IMG/VR virus record: IMGVR_UViG_3300029258_002403
DNA: 64,000 bases
Strand: one strand, 5' to 3'
Source of the DNA: an uncultured virus (IMG/VR IMGVR_UViG_3300029258_002403)
Taxonomy: Duplodnaviria; Heunggongvirae; Uroviricota; Caudoviricetes
Positions 28,845 to 38,350 of this stretch are shown here, piece by piece. The notes below the pieces were generated by a model that searched no databases, was not told where the DNA came from, and was given only the letters and a program-made list of their open reading frames with translations. How positions within the stretch are numbered: position 1 is the stretch's first letter; every line of letters begins with the position of its first letter. The position numbers were made by a program, and so were the translations under genes.

Positions 28845-30181
28845 TGGCCCGCCCCGTTTTCATCGATCGCGTACACCGACGCGTTGGCGTACTCCCCACC
28901 GTAGGGGATGTCGTGCCGCAAATGGATCTTGACCCGTGTGCCGTTGGCTCCCACCAGCAGGCGCGCCGCGGCCTCCTCGTAGGGCCACCGCCAAGTGAAC
29001 CAGTCCACGGTCATGCCGCGGCTGTTGGCGCCGCCCACCTTGGCCATCAACGGGTAGGCGCGCTGGCTCTCCACGATGAAGTCCCGCACCACCTTGTACT
29101 CGTGAATATCCGCGCTCACGTCCAAGTACGCGTCGTCCTGGAGGGGGAGGCCCACCCCGGCCTTGAACTGCTCCACCGTGACCCCCTGGGACGCGGCTGC
29201 GGCCGCGTAGAACGGTGCGGCGTCGGCCTCCCGGCTGGCCAAGATCATGGTCCCGGGCAGACCAGTGAGTCCCAGCCCTGCCATGGCAGCCGGTGTGATC
29301 CCTATGGCCGCGGCCTCCTGGTCCAACTCCCCGATCGCAGCAGCGGCCGCCGCCAAGATCTGCGGCACGAAACACACCGAGTCCCGCATCACCACGTCCA
29401 TCGACGCGTTGATCTCCACCGCGAGCAGGTGCAACTGGTGACCGACATCCGGTGTGATGTACCAGGCGCTGGACACCGCGTCGCTCCAGTCGCATGTGAC
29501 CACCCCTGCCGGTGGGGACTTGAAGGTGATCGTGCCGGTGGCGTAGTCGCAAGTCCAGTCACCCGCGGCGAACGGGTTGGGCCGAGTGGACCCGTCCGGG
29601 AGCACGTGGGGGTCGGCCTCGTAGTCCGCCCACCCGAACTCCTCCTCGGGCACCTCCACCCCGTCCACGTACACACGCAGGCGCATGTCCGCCAGGCGAC
29701 GCTCCTGCGTGATCTTGCCATGGGTTACGTCCACCACCCCGTAGGTGACTCCGGTGATCCGGTACACCCCGCCACCCTGGTCGGCTGGCACGTGTGCGGT
29801 GTGGCGCACGCTGTCCGTGTGCCACGTGGTGGGGTCCGTCCAGTTGACGGAGTAGTCCTCGTAACTGGTCCCGTCCCGCGGCCGGACCTCCACCCGTAGC
29901 TTACCGTTGACCACGTCCGGCTCGGCCGACACCGCCGGGATCCCAGTGTGGTCGTTGACTACCTGCTGGACAAGGATCCGCTCAGCGGGTGGCACTTCGG
30001 CGCGGTAGGTGATCGTCCCCACGTCGTTGGTGCTCCCACCGGACACCCCGTCCAGAGCCTTGGTGACCGCAAGCCCCCGCAGGGCGTCGTCCAACGAGGC
30101 GGGGTCCAGTCGGGCGAACTTGGTGTCCGCCGCAATCGAGAACGTGAGCACGGTGCCTTCGGGGTTCCATTCCATGGCCAT
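28841..30181 (-). CDS. Hypothetical virion protein
   Basis: 446 aa in the head-fibre cluster. Confidence 0.6.
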   Translation of the reverse strand: MAMEWNPEGTVLTFSIAADTKFARLDPASLDDALRGLAVTKALDGVSGGSTNDVGTITYRAEVPPAERILVQQVVNDHTGIPAVSAEPDVVNGKLRVEVRPRDGTSYEDYSVNWTDPTTWHTDSVRHTAHVPADQGGGVYRITGVTYGVVDVTHGKITQERRLADMRLRVYVDGVEVPEEEFGWADYEADPHVLPDGSTRPNPFAAGDWTCDYATGTITFKSPPAGVVTCDWSDAVSSAWYITPDVGHQLHLLAVEINASMDVVMRDSVCFVPQILAAAAAAIGELDQEAAAIGITPAAMAGLGLTGLPGTMILASREADAAPFYAAAAASQGVTVEQFKAGVGLPLQDDAYLDVSADIHEYKVVRDFIVESQRAYPLMAKVGGANSRGMTVDWFTWRWPYEEAAARLLVGANGTRVKIHLRHDIPYGGEYANASVYAIDENGAGQ

Positions 30182-30840
30182 CAGTCAGCCCTCCACAGGA
30201 AGAACCGCGAGCGCAGGCACGAAGCCGTCCCCGCACCAGTCACGCGGCGGAACTGGGACAGGAGGTTGTGGGGACCCACGGCCAGGGCCACGTCCAGGAT
30301 CTCGGTGTACGTCACCTCCCCCAAGGCCCCCGCGCCGGGGCGGACTGCACCGCCGGCGAAGGGGATACCGTCCAGGCTGATCAGCCCCTCCACCCGGGTT
30401 TGGTTGTTGTCGCCCCCCACGGTGATCTGGGCCAGGATCAGAAACTGCCCCGCCTCGGCCACCGTGAAGTCGAAGTCCAGGTGGTCCACGAACGTGGTGC
30501 CCGTGGTGAACAGGTCGTCCAGGCGGGAGGCCCGGTGGATCTCCTTGCCGAACACCGCCCCCGGCACCGCCGCCTCGTTGAGGGTAGGCGCGGGGTAGTT
30601 GCCGGACAGGGCGCCGCCGGCCGAACCGAACGGAGACGCCGAGATCTCCAACCACGCGCCGCCATCCCACACCTGGGGACGCACGGCGCCGCCGTCGATC
30701 AGCCAGAACAGATCGCCTGGCTCGCTGCCCGCGGCGGGCCGCTGGGCGAGGGTGCCGAATCCCCACACCTCGATCTCCGAGAGGATCTCGATGGGCAACC
30801 CCGTGGCAGGGTCCGTGTAGATCAGGCGACGGTCGGGCAC
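30181..30840 (-). CDS. Fibre-like virion protein
   Basis: 'AGGALSGNYPAPTL' fibre repeat followed by a jelly-roll-like C-terminus. Confidence 0.6.
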   Translation of the reverse strand: MPDRRLIYTDPATGLPIEILSEIEVWGFGTLAQRPAAGSEPGDLFWLIDGGAVRPQVWDGGAWLEISASPFGSAGGALSGNYPAPTLNEAAVPGAVFGKEIHRASRLDDLFTTGTTFVDHLDFDFTVAEAGQFLILAQITVGGDNNQTRVEGLISLDGIPFAGGAVRPGAGALGEVTYTEILDVALAVGPHNLLSQFRRVTGAGTASCLRSRFFLWRAD

Positions 30841-30849
30841 GACCGCTCC

Positions 30850-32955
30850 TTATGGCGTGCGCGAGAGGTACTGCGGCTGGTAGATGATGGTCGGCGTGGT
30901 GGTGACACCGTCCGCGCCTTGGAGGTAACCCAGGAGGAACCGGGTGGTGCCACTCCCCGTGGGCGGGGTAAGGGTGGCCAACCCCGGAGTGCCACTCACG
31001 TACACCGGCCGCCGGTTGTTCGCCCCTGCGGGCGCCACCGCGAACCGAACCGGCACCAGGCAGCCCGGCACGGTGACCACGTCCACGTCGGCGCCGGCGC
31101 CTGCCGATCGAAGGGCGATCCCCACGGACAGACCATCCAGTGCCGCCGCGCTCGCGTCGGCCTGCTCCACCTCCCCGGAGGCGTTGAGGGTGAGAACGTC
31201 ACCCGCGGTCACGGCCGGGGTAGCGGTGAGGCGGACCCCCGCGGTGCCCTGGACGTTGAGGAACGTCCCAGTGACCAACTGCTCGGCGCCGCTGGTGCTG
31301 TCCGCGGTGAAGAAGTCCGTACCACCCGCCGACAGAGTGGCCGCGGCGGCCTGTCCGGTGGCCACGTTCATGTCCAGCGTGGTGCTGGTCAGGTCGATCT
31401 CGTCGTCGGCCGCCACTAGGACGTTGCCCGTACCCGCGCCGGCGTTGGTGGCCGACAGGGTGAGGTCCGTGGCAGAGCCGCTGTTGCCGGCGACCGTTAG
31501 GTTGCTCGACGCGGTGGCGTCCAGGGACAAGGACTGGGCGTCGATCTCCGCGGCGCCGGTGATGTCGGCGTCCAGGGAGGCCCCGTCGATGTCCACCACC
31601 GCGTTGGCGTTGAGGACCACATTGCCGCCGGGGGCCTGCACCGTGGCGTTGTTGGCGGTGGCCGACAGGGTGGCACCCGTGGCGCCGGTGAGCCCGAGGG
31701 TGGTGCCCGCGTCGATGGTCGTGGCGGCGGTGGAGTCCATGTCCACCGTGGCGCCGTCCAAGTCCAGGGTGGCGCCGCTCGTGATCGCGGCATCGCCCGT
31801 GGTGTCCACGTCCAGGGTGGCGCCGTTGATGTCCACGACGGTGTTCGCCGTGATGTCCACCTCGCCCGCCGGGGCGGTGATCTGGGCCTGCCCCGCCGTG
31901 GCGGTCATTGTCGCTCCGGTGCCGCCGGTCAGGCCCAGGGTGGTACCCGCGTCCAAGGTGGCCGCCCCGCTCGCGTCCAGGTCCAGGGTGGTCCCGTCGA
32001 TGTCCACCAAGTCGGCAGCGGACAGGATCACGTCGGAACCCGCGCCCGTGGCCGCCAGGGTGAGGTTGCCGTTGGCCACCGACAGGTTGCTTGCCGCCGT
32101 GCCGTCGATCGAGAACCCATTGGCCCCGGTCATCTGCACGTCGAACACCGACACGTCGAAGTCGGCCACCGTGTCCACGTTCAGGCCGCCGGTGGCGGTG
32201 ATGATGAACGCCTCGGTGCCGCCGATGGTGACCGAGCCGTTCGCCGCGTCGGTGGTGATCGTGTTGCCTGCCTGGTAGTTGGGGTCCAAGCCCGCCGCGC
32301 CGCCGCCAAGGGCGGTGAAGGTGAGGGGGGTGCCCGTAGGGCTGGATCCGCCGGCCGCGGACTCCCACACGCCGCTGGCGTTGGCCCGCAGGATCGACAC
32401 CGTGTCCAGCTTGGTGATCGTGCCCTGCGCCGTGGCGTCGGCCGTGAAGTCCGTCTGCGTGAAGCTCTCTTGGGCGGCGGTGACCCCCACGCCGCGGATC
32501 TCCAGGGCGGTCCCCACGTGGGACAGCACCTCATACAGCCCGTCGTTGCCGGGATCCGCCGCGCCGCTGATCTGGATGAAGTCCCCCGTCGAGAACGTGT
32601 TGCTCCCTGCGGTGGTCACCACGGGGTTGCTAGTGGCTAGCACGCCCGCCACAAACGCGCCGTTCACGGTGTCACTGGTGACGCTCGGCAGGACGTTGAC
32701 CACCAGGCCGCCAGTCTTGGCCACCGGGTTGGTGTACCCATTGTTGAGGTATGGGTAGCCGTCCTGGATCAGCACGCGCTCCTCGTCGGTGGCCGTGAGG
32801 GTGCCGTTGATGGTCAGGTTGGCGTTGATCGTGGTGTCCCGGTTGAGCGTCAAGGGGACGTTCAACTCCAGGGTGTCCGCCGAAGGATCGAGAACCCGCG
32901 TGAGGAACGGGTCGGCGGGGTCGAGAATCTGAACTGCGTCTGTGAGGGCGGCCAT
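30850..32955 (-). CDS. Long head-fibre-like protein with beta-repeat shaft
   Basis: T/A/G/D repeats (e.g. 'DAGTTLGLTG.TGAT' twice); C-terminal capsid-cement-like domain. Confidence 0.65.
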   Translation of the reverse strand: MAALTDAVQILDPADPFLTRVLDPSADTLELNVPLTLNRDTTINANLTINGTLTATDEERVLIQDGYPYLNNGYTNPVAKTGGLVVNVLPSVTSDTVNGAFVAGVLATSNPVVTTAGSNTFSTGDFIQISGAADPGNDGLYEVLSHVGTALEIRGVGVTAAQESFTQTDFTADATAQGTITKLDTVSILRANASGVWESAAGGSSPTGTPLTFTALGGGAAGLDPNYQAGNTITTDAANGSVTIGGTEAFIITATGGLNVDTVADFDVSVFDVQMTGANGFSIDGTAASNLSVANGNLTLAATGAGSDVILSAADLVDIDGTTLDLDASGAATLDAGTTLGLTGGTGATMTATAGQAQITAPAGEVDITANTVVDINGATLDVDTTGDAAITSGATLDLDGATVDMDSTAATTIDAGTTLGLTGATGATLSATANNATVQAPGGNVVLNANAVVDIDGASLDADITGAAEIDAQSLSLDATASSNLTVAGNSGSATDLTLSATNAGAGTGNVLVAADDEIDLTSTTLDMNVATGQAAAATLSAGGTDFFTADSTSGAEQLVTGTFLNVQGTAGVRLTATPAVTAGDVLTLNASGEVEQADASAAALDGLSVGIALRSAGAGADVDVVTVPGCLVPVRFAVAPAGANNRRPVYVSGTPGLATLTPPTGSGTTRFLLGYLQGADGVTTTPTIIYQPQYLSRTP

Positions 32956-32965
32956 GGTGTGTCTC

Positions 32966-33814
32966 CTACGGGCGGCGGCTGATGTACTGGGGCTGATACA
33001 GGATCGGCGGCGTGGCGGACAATCCGTCCGCGCCTTGGAGGATACCTACCAAGTACCGCACGCGACCAGCGGAAGAAACGTCCGGCGGCGTAAGGGTCAC
33101 CTGCCCCGGTGTGTCGTCCAGGAACACTGGTCGCCGCTGGGAAGACGCCGGCGGCGCGGCGGCGAACCTGGCAGGGACCACCTGGGCGTGAACCTCATGG
33201 ACCAGGACGGCGGCACCTGCCAAGGCACCCACCGCTGCGATTCCCGCGGGCTGCCACAGGCCGCTAGCGAAGGTGGCGTCCGCAGGGCGCACCTGGCCTA
33301 CCACCGTGTCCAAAGCCACCACGTCCCCCGCGGCGATAGCAACCGCGGCCACCCGGGTGACGGGGGTGAGTCCCCCTCCTCCTGTCCCGGCGCCCCCAGA
33401 CAGAACCCACTCCCCCCGGGTCTGGTCCCACAGGAGGGTCACGTCCCCGCCAGGAGCCACCAGCACCGTCGCGCCGGCCCCACGGGCGGACCCCGGGGGT
33501 AGGGCCACCGCAGCCTGGGTTGGGCTCAGCCGGACGCGCTGGCCGTCGTAGGTCCCGGGCCGCATCACCGGGTTGCCCAGGGTGATGGCCGAGGGGTGGT
33601 CCAGGAAGTACACGCTGTCCCCTGCGGGGTTGGGGAGTGGCTCCCCGTCCCTGTCCTCCCCGGGAGCCGGGAGCACGTCACCGTTCCGGGCGCTCACGCT
33701 GAACGGGCGTAGACCCTGAAGGGTCTTGGCCTGGGTGGCCTTCCACTCCCCGATCTGGTCCAGGATGGACGGGGCGGTGGTCCGCAGGTCGATCTTGTCC
33801 AGCACCAGGCTCAT
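32966..33814 (-). CDS. Head-fibre/cement-like protein, paralogous C-terminus to 30850..32955
   Basis: 'AIAAGDVV...VRPADA...AGIA' and shared 'LQGADG...P.I.YQPQY.SR.P' end. Confidence 0.65.
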   Translation of the reverse strand: MSLVLDKIDLRTTAPSILDQIGEWKATQAKTLQGLRPFSVSARNGDVLPAPGEDRDGEPLPNPAGDSVYFLDHPSAITLGNPVMRPGTYDGQRVRLSPTQAAVALPPGSARGAGATVLVAPGGDVTLLWDQTRGEWVLSGGAGTGGGGLTPVTRVAAVAIAAGDVVALDTVVGQVRPADATFASGLWQPAGIAAVGALAGAAVLVHEVHAQVVPARFAAAPPASSQRRPVFLDDTPGQVTLTPPDVSSAGRVRYLVGILQGADGLSATPPILYQPQYISRRP

Positions 33815-34290
33815 GCGGTCCTCCGGCGAAGGTAGGGGGTGACGGTGATCCCCCCGATGGCCGATGCCGCCACCGAGATAGCCACCCCGCTGGGGGCGGG
33901 CACCAGGAGGGCCCCGTTCCCGGCGTCGTCTTCCAGGTCCAGGCGGCGGAAGGCCGGGCCCCCATCGGCGATCTCAATCTCCCGGAGAAGCACCGAGGCC
34001 GCACCTTGGGAGGTGTAGATCCGAAGGGTGTAGTCCGCGCCGGCCAGGAGGCTCACCCCCAGGGCCAGGATCTCCGTGGGAAACACCTGGGGCCAGTACG
34101 TGTCCGCGCCGATCGCGGAGGTAGGGTCCCGCCCGGCCGGGGAACCGTACAGCTCGGTGCCGGGAGCGGTGATCACCCCCCAGGAGAAGGTGGGCCCCTC
34201 CTGGACAGGGCACGACAACGCCTCCCGCAGCAGGCGTGCATCCTGCGGCGCGAGGCGGTCGTTGAACAGATCCGCGGGCAGGTTGCGCAC
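33811..34290 (-). CDS. Hypothetical virion protein
   Basis: 159 aa, coupled. Confidence 0.55.
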   Translation of the reverse strand: MRNLPADLFNDRLAPQDARLLREALSCPVQEGPTFSWGVITAPGTELYGSPAGRDPTSAIGADTYWPQVFPTEILALGVSLLAGADYTLRIYTSQGAASVLLREIEIADGGPAFRRLDLEDDAGNGALLVPAPSGVAISVAASAIGGITVTPYLRRRTA

Positions 34291-34512
34291 CTACTCGGCG
34301 TCCCCTCCCGCCGCGGCGTCGTTCCCTTCGGCCTCGGGCTCCGGCATGGGGACCACCTTGAGCGCGTCCAGTTCCGCCTGGAGCGCGTCCTTCTGCGCCA
34401 GTTCGGCCTGGATCAGGTTGATGGCGTTCTGGAGGGCCACGTGATCCTCCCGTGTTCCCTTGTAGGCGCGGCACGCGTTGTCCAGGAACTTGATCGCTTG
34501 CTGTCGGGTCAT
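34291..34512 (-). CDS. Small coiled-coil protein
   Basis: 73 aa with RBS. Confidence 0.6.
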   Translation of the reverse strand: MTRQQAIKFLDNACRAYKGTREDHVALQNAINLIQAELAQKDALQAELDALKVVPMPEPEAEGNDAAAGGDAE

Positions 34513-34533
34513 GGTCCCCCCTTGCGACTTGAC

Positions 34534-34941
34534 CTACGCCTCGTCACCCGCGCACAGCCATTCGAACTCGCCGGCGCCCTCCACGGTGACCCCCGTGATG
34601 AACTCGTCGTCGGCCGGGACCAGGACGAGCATCCCGTTCTTGTTGGCCGCGGCCACGGGGTACACCGTGGCCCCCTGGGCGTCGTGGGTCACCGTCACGT
34701 CGAAGGGACCCCCGGCCAGGGCCTTGAAGTACAGGAACCGCCCCTGGAGGTTGGCCGGGAACGGAAGGGGGTCGGGACCGGGGTCTACCGCGGCCCGCTG
34801 CTGGCTGATCTCCAAGTCCGCCGCCAAGGGGAACTTGTTGGTGTACCCGCTCCCCGGGGCGGTGGATCCGCCGGGGCAGGTGCCGGAGTCCAGGCGCACG
34901 TCGAGCGCCAGGTCAACGTCCAGGGAGATCTTCGCCGCCAT
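34534..34941 (-). CDS. Hypothetical protein, first gene of the structural block
   Basis: ATG 34941 lies 6 nt after TATAGT. Confidence 0.6.
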   Translation of the reverse strand: MAAKISLDVDLALDVRLDSGTCPGGSTAPGSGYTNKFPLAADLEISQQRAAVDPGPDPLPFPANLQGRFLYFKALAGGPFDVTVTHDAQGATVYPVAAANKNGMLVLVPADDEFITGVTVEGAGEFEWLCAGDEA

Positions 34942-34947
34942 GGGCGG

Positions 34948-34957
34948 ACTATACACC
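34948..34957 (-). promoter_or_regulatory. Putative -10 element (leaderless promoter)
   Basis: GGTG-TATAGT-6 nt-ATG, no Shine-Dalgarno. Confidence 0.45.
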
Positions 34958-34978
34958 ACGGCGCCCCCGGGTTGGCCA

Positions 34979-35266
34979 CTACTCCGCGGAGGGCCGCTCA
35001 CGGTGCCGTGCAGCCAGGACCACCACGATGATCACCACGTCCAGGACGGTGGTCACCGCGTAGGCGATCAAGGCCTGGGGAGCCAGGAGCTTTTCCGTGT
35101 ACACCCACCCTCCCAGGTTGGCGGCGGCGAACAGGACCCAGGACAGAACGGACACCCCCGTGGTGTCCCCCTGGCGGGCCGCTCGGATCGCTGCGGCCAA
35201 CGCGGCGGCCGTGGCGGTGGGGAGAACTACGGCGGGGACCCACCCGGCGATGTCGGCGGCAGTCAT
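34979..35266 (-). CDS. 3-TM membrane protein, PQ-loop/SemiSWEET-like
   Basis: 'IAGWV..VLP...GDTTGVSVLSWVLFAAANLGGWVY...LIAYAVTTVLDVVII'. Confidence 0.5.
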   Translation of the reverse strand: MTAADIAGWVPAVVLPTATAAALAAAIRAARQGDTTGVSVLSWVLFAAANLGGWVYTEKLLAPQALIAYAVTTVLDVVIIVVVLAARHRERPSAE

Positions 35267-35323
35267 CCCCACCACCCTACCCCACCGAGTGCTGGCGAAC
35301 ATCGTCGTCCGCCCAGTTGGGCG

Positions 35324-35623
35324 TCAGTCGTCGTCCTCCACCATGGCGGCCACTTCCACCGCGCGGATCGCGTCCCGGATGTCGGGGAGAGCCGCGGCCA
35401 CCACGTCCAGGGCAGCCACCTCGTCGGCAGCCCACTGGCGCATGTAGGGCTCCTCCACTTGGATCCGGGTCCGCTCGGAGTCGTACCGCCCCTCCCCCAC
35501 GGGGTACACGGTCACCCGGAACCGAGGGGCCGCTCCCCCGTTGGGGGTGGGGACGAACACCTTGTCGATCCGGAGGCCCAGGGTGATCGACTCGGCCACC
35601 GGCAACTTGGCGCCCTTGGTCAC
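35324..35623 (-). CDS. Hypothetical protein (ends VAAMVEDDD)
   Basis: GTGA overlap with the upstream gene. Confidence 0.6.
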   Translation of the reverse strand: MTKGAKLPVAESITLGLRIDKVFVPTPNGGAAPRFRVTVYPVGEGRYDSERTRIQVEEPYMRQWAADEVAALDVVAAALPDIRDAIRAVEVAAMVEDDD

Positions 35624-36003
35624 TGGTCGCCCTCCAGCATTGCCGCGGCGGCGTACCCCATGGTGGGGGGGTCGTCGGGCGCGCCGGGGGGCTCCCCCAT
35701 GGCCCCGATCCCCCACCCCAACTCGATGGCGGCACGGGCATCCAGTTGGATCAACCCCCGGGTGCCAGGGTTGCGCATCATGTACGCCACCCCCTCGTGG
35801 GGGTCCCGGAAGTAGGGCGGGGCCCGGTGCGCCCCCAGGGCGGCGCGGCCGTCGAACCTGTCCTTCCAGTAGGTCCGGGTCCGGCCCCCGGCGTACACCA
35901 GGCTGTTGACCTCCCCGCTGTCCGGGCGGGGCATCCAGGCCATGATCACCACGGGGGTGTCCCCGTTGAGAGTGTCCTCGCTGATCCTGCTCACCCCCAC
36001 CAC
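35620..36003 (-). CDS. Hypothetical protein (ends AAAAMLEGDQ)
   Basis: Coupled ORF. Confidence 0.6.
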   Translation of the reverse strand: MVGVSRISEDTLNGDTPVVIMAWMPRPDSGEVNSLVYAGGRTRTYWKDRFDGRAALGAHRAPPYFRDPHEGVAYMMRNPGTRGLIQLDARAAIELGWGIGAMGEPPGAPDDPPTMGYAAAAMLEGDQ

Positions 36004-36567
36004 TTACGCGGCGACACGAGCCCTGTGCTCGGTGGCCGCGTTGCGGAGGATGGCCTTGGTGTACCGGTACACGTGGTCCCTGCGGAGGCCCTTGAGGGCG
36101 TAGTTCTCCCACAGCACTCGGGGGCGGTCCTCGATGTACGCGTCCACGGCCTTGTCGCTGGCCCCCATGCTGATCATGGCCCGCACCGACTCGCAGTAGG
36201 CCTGGACCTCGATGGCCCACCGCCACCGAGTCCAGAACACGTACCGGGTGCGGAACTTGGTCGGCTCCCACCACCGCCACTGGCGGGCGTGGAACAGCTC
36301 GTGAGCCAGCAGCCGCGCCTTGGGGAACGGCTTGTAGTTCTGGGCCCCAGTCCCCAAGCGCAACTCCCGGTAGTACGTGGTGGACATCCGAGACAGGCGC
36401 CCCCAGTGGCTCGACTTGTTCTCGATCCGCAGCCCCAGGCGCTTGGCCTCGGCCTCGTACCGTGCCACCAACTCCTCGGGGGAGCGGTGGCGGTCCAGGT
36501 ACTTGTCTCGCAAGCGGTCGTCCTCCGCCAGGCGGCGGTCACTTCGGCGGATCTTGATCAGTCCCAT
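36004..36567 (-). CDS. HExxH zincin-like metallopeptidase
   Basis: 'LLAHELFHARQW...EVQAY'. Confidence 0.65.
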   Translation of the reverse strand: MGLIKIRRSDRRLAEDDRLRDKYLDRHRSPEELVARYEAEAKRLGLRIENKSSHWGRLSRMSTTYYRELRLGTGAQNYKPFPKARLLAHELFHARQWRWWEPTKFRTRYVFWTRWRWAIEVQAYCESVRAMISMGASDKAVDAYIEDRPRVLWENYALKGLRRDHVYRYTKAILRNAATEHRARVAA

Positions 36568-36790
36568 GGTGGTCCCTTGGACACGGAGGATACTCCCCCA
36601 AGGGGCACGGTGGCGACAAGGACCCCCGCCCCCCGCACGTGGGGCACGTATCCCGGGAAAACCCCACCCCCGCGAGCCCCCGGAGGTCCACCCGCAGGGT
36701 TTGCATGATCTCCGGGGGGAGGACTTCGATCACCCGCCCTGAACCCCCGCACGTGGGGCACGCGGGAGGGCTAGTCCTGGCACGTGGCAT
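36539..36790 (-). CDS. CxxCxGxG zinc-finger protein
   Basis: CPTCGGSG and CPTCGGRG. Confidence 0.55.
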   Translation of the reverse strand: MPRARTSPPACPTCGGSGRVIEVLPPEIMQTLRVDLRGLAGVGFSRDTCPTCGGRGSLSPPCPLGEYPPCPRDHHGTDQDPPK

Positions 36791-37052
36791 CGGTGGTCTT
36801 AGGGGGCGGCACCCGCCACCACGTGTGATCCGGGCCCACGTACACCTGATTGCGCTCCTCCACCGTCCGACCATCGCGCCCCCGCACGGCCTCAAAGCAC
36901 TCCACCATGAGCGCATCCCGCCCGTTGGCGGTGGTGGGGGTGATGCTCCCGATCCGGTACACCGGCCCCATCAAGGCAGGCGCGGCCAAGTCGCCGCGCA
37001 CCAGCGCGGTTCCCGGAACAAGCTCTGCCTCCACGATCATGCGGACGCGCAT
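36771..37052 (-). CDS. Hypothetical (SH3-like) protein
   Basis: GGAGG RBS, 93 aa. Confidence 0.6.
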   Translation of the reverse strand: MRVRMIVEAELVPGTALVRGDLAAPALMGPVYRIGSITPTTANGRDALMVECFEAVRGRDGRTVEERNQVYVGPDHTWWRVPPPKTTDATCQD

Positions 37053-37213
37053 ACCACCTCCTCCGGGGGTGTGCCAACTGCGCCGGGTGGAGTGAGCAGA
37101 TTGAAGGACGGTGGAGGTGGCGGTGTTTTGCAGTGGTCCATGGGCCGATCAGCCTATCACCGCGTCCACCAGGAGGGTGGGCCCGTTGAGGACGCACGTG
37201 GTGGGGTGCCCTT

Positions 37214-37690
37214 TCACGCCCCCGCCTCCTGGTCGGGCTCGTCCTCCGGCGGCCACGTCCCGTGGGCCAGCACGTGGTCAAGCATGTCCGCGAAAGCGCG
37301 GGCCGCCCCGCTCAACTCTGGGTGCCCCGCATTGAGGTGATCCCTATCCGCCTTGCGCCACGACGCCACCAGGCGTTCCAGGGGCGGGGTGGGAACCGTG
37401 GCGGTGGGGTCCACCAAGGCCAACTCCCGGATGCACACCGCGGCGTCGGGGCGGAACAAGGCCCCCAGCCCCGTGGCGATCTCCACCGCCAAGATCCCGT
37501 CGTCTCCCCCCTCGTACCCCGGGTACGTCTGGACCATCCACGCCCCGCGCCCCCATGCCTCCTGCGGAGTCCATGGGAACCGCATCTGGACCACGGCCTG
37601 GTCGGGGTTCTCGATCCACACCACGGCCCCGGGCATGGCGTCTCGGAGGGTGTCGCTGAACTCGTCTGGTCGGGTGACGCGAACGTCCAT
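37214..37690 (-). CDS. Hypothetical protein
   Basis: About 158 aa, natural-looking. Confidence 0.6.
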   Translation of the reverse strand: MDVRVTRPDEFSDTLRDAMPGAVVWIENPDQAVVQMRFPWTPQEAWGRGAWMVQTYPGYEGGDDGILAVEIATGLGALFRPDAAVCIRELALVDPTATVPTPPLERLVASWRKADRDHLNAGHPELSGAARAFADMLDHVLAHGTWPPEDEPDQEAGA

Positions 37691-37706
37691 ACCCACACCC
37701 TTGCGC

Positions 37707-38132
37707 CTAGTCGTGCGACACGGAAAGGGCGTCGCCCGTGATCGTCACGTCCGCCACCGCCACCGCGGCCACCCCATCCACGTCGGCAAGGGCCTTGGCT
37801 ACTTCGGCCGCGGTGTAGGGGACCGGGCCCAGGTCGGCCATGGACGACTCGGGGTCGTTGGCCAAAAGCCACTCCGCGGCGGCGTCCTGGTCGGCCCATC
37901 CCGTCCCATCGCACGTGGAGCACAAGGTCATGCTGGCCTGGGCGCGAAACCGACGAGCCACCACGTCCTGGGGGGTGGTGGTGGAACGAACGTCCGGGGT
38001 GACCCCGGTCCCCTCACAGCAAGGGCACTCCACCCGGCCCACGGCGCGCTTGGCCGCGGCGATCTCCGCCGACAAGGCCGTTTCCAGGACGGCCTTCAGC
38101 CGCTGGCGTGTTTGGTCTGGGGTCTGTTCCAT
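37707..38132 (-). CDS. Zinc-finger protein with sheath/baseplate-like C-terminal fragment
   Basis: CPCCEGTG, CSTCDGTG, AAAEWLL, then YTAAEVAKALADVDGVAAV. Confidence 0.65.
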   Translation of the reverse strand: MEQTPDQTRQRLKAVLETALSAEIAAAKRAVGRVECPCCEGTGVTPDVRSTTTPQDVVARRFRAQASMTLCSTCDGTGWADQDAAAEWLLANDPESSMADLGPVPYTAAEVAKALADVDGVAAVAVADVTITGDALSVSHD

Positions 38133-38350
38133 TGGGGAGCCACGTCCTCGATGTCATCGTACACCGCCTCGGCCTCGGCCTCGGGGTGCGTTCCGCAGTA
38201 AGGGCACGGCGCGCCGTCGTCCGGCTTGTAGTGCAGGGGAAACCCTGGTGAGGCAGAACACCACCTCCACCCCGGCGGGGGTTTGATCGGATCCCAGATC
38301 AACTGGTTGCCGTCCGCATCGTAGGCGTACACCCGCCCGGGGACCGCCAT
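38096..38350 (-). CDS. Small Cys/His protein
   Basis: TGATG overlap; CPYCG. Confidence 0.55.
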   Translation of the reverse strand: MAVPGRVYAYDADGNQLIWDPIKPPPGWRWCSASPGFPLHYKPDDGAPCPYCGTHPEAEAEAVYDDIEDVAPQWNRPQTKHASG

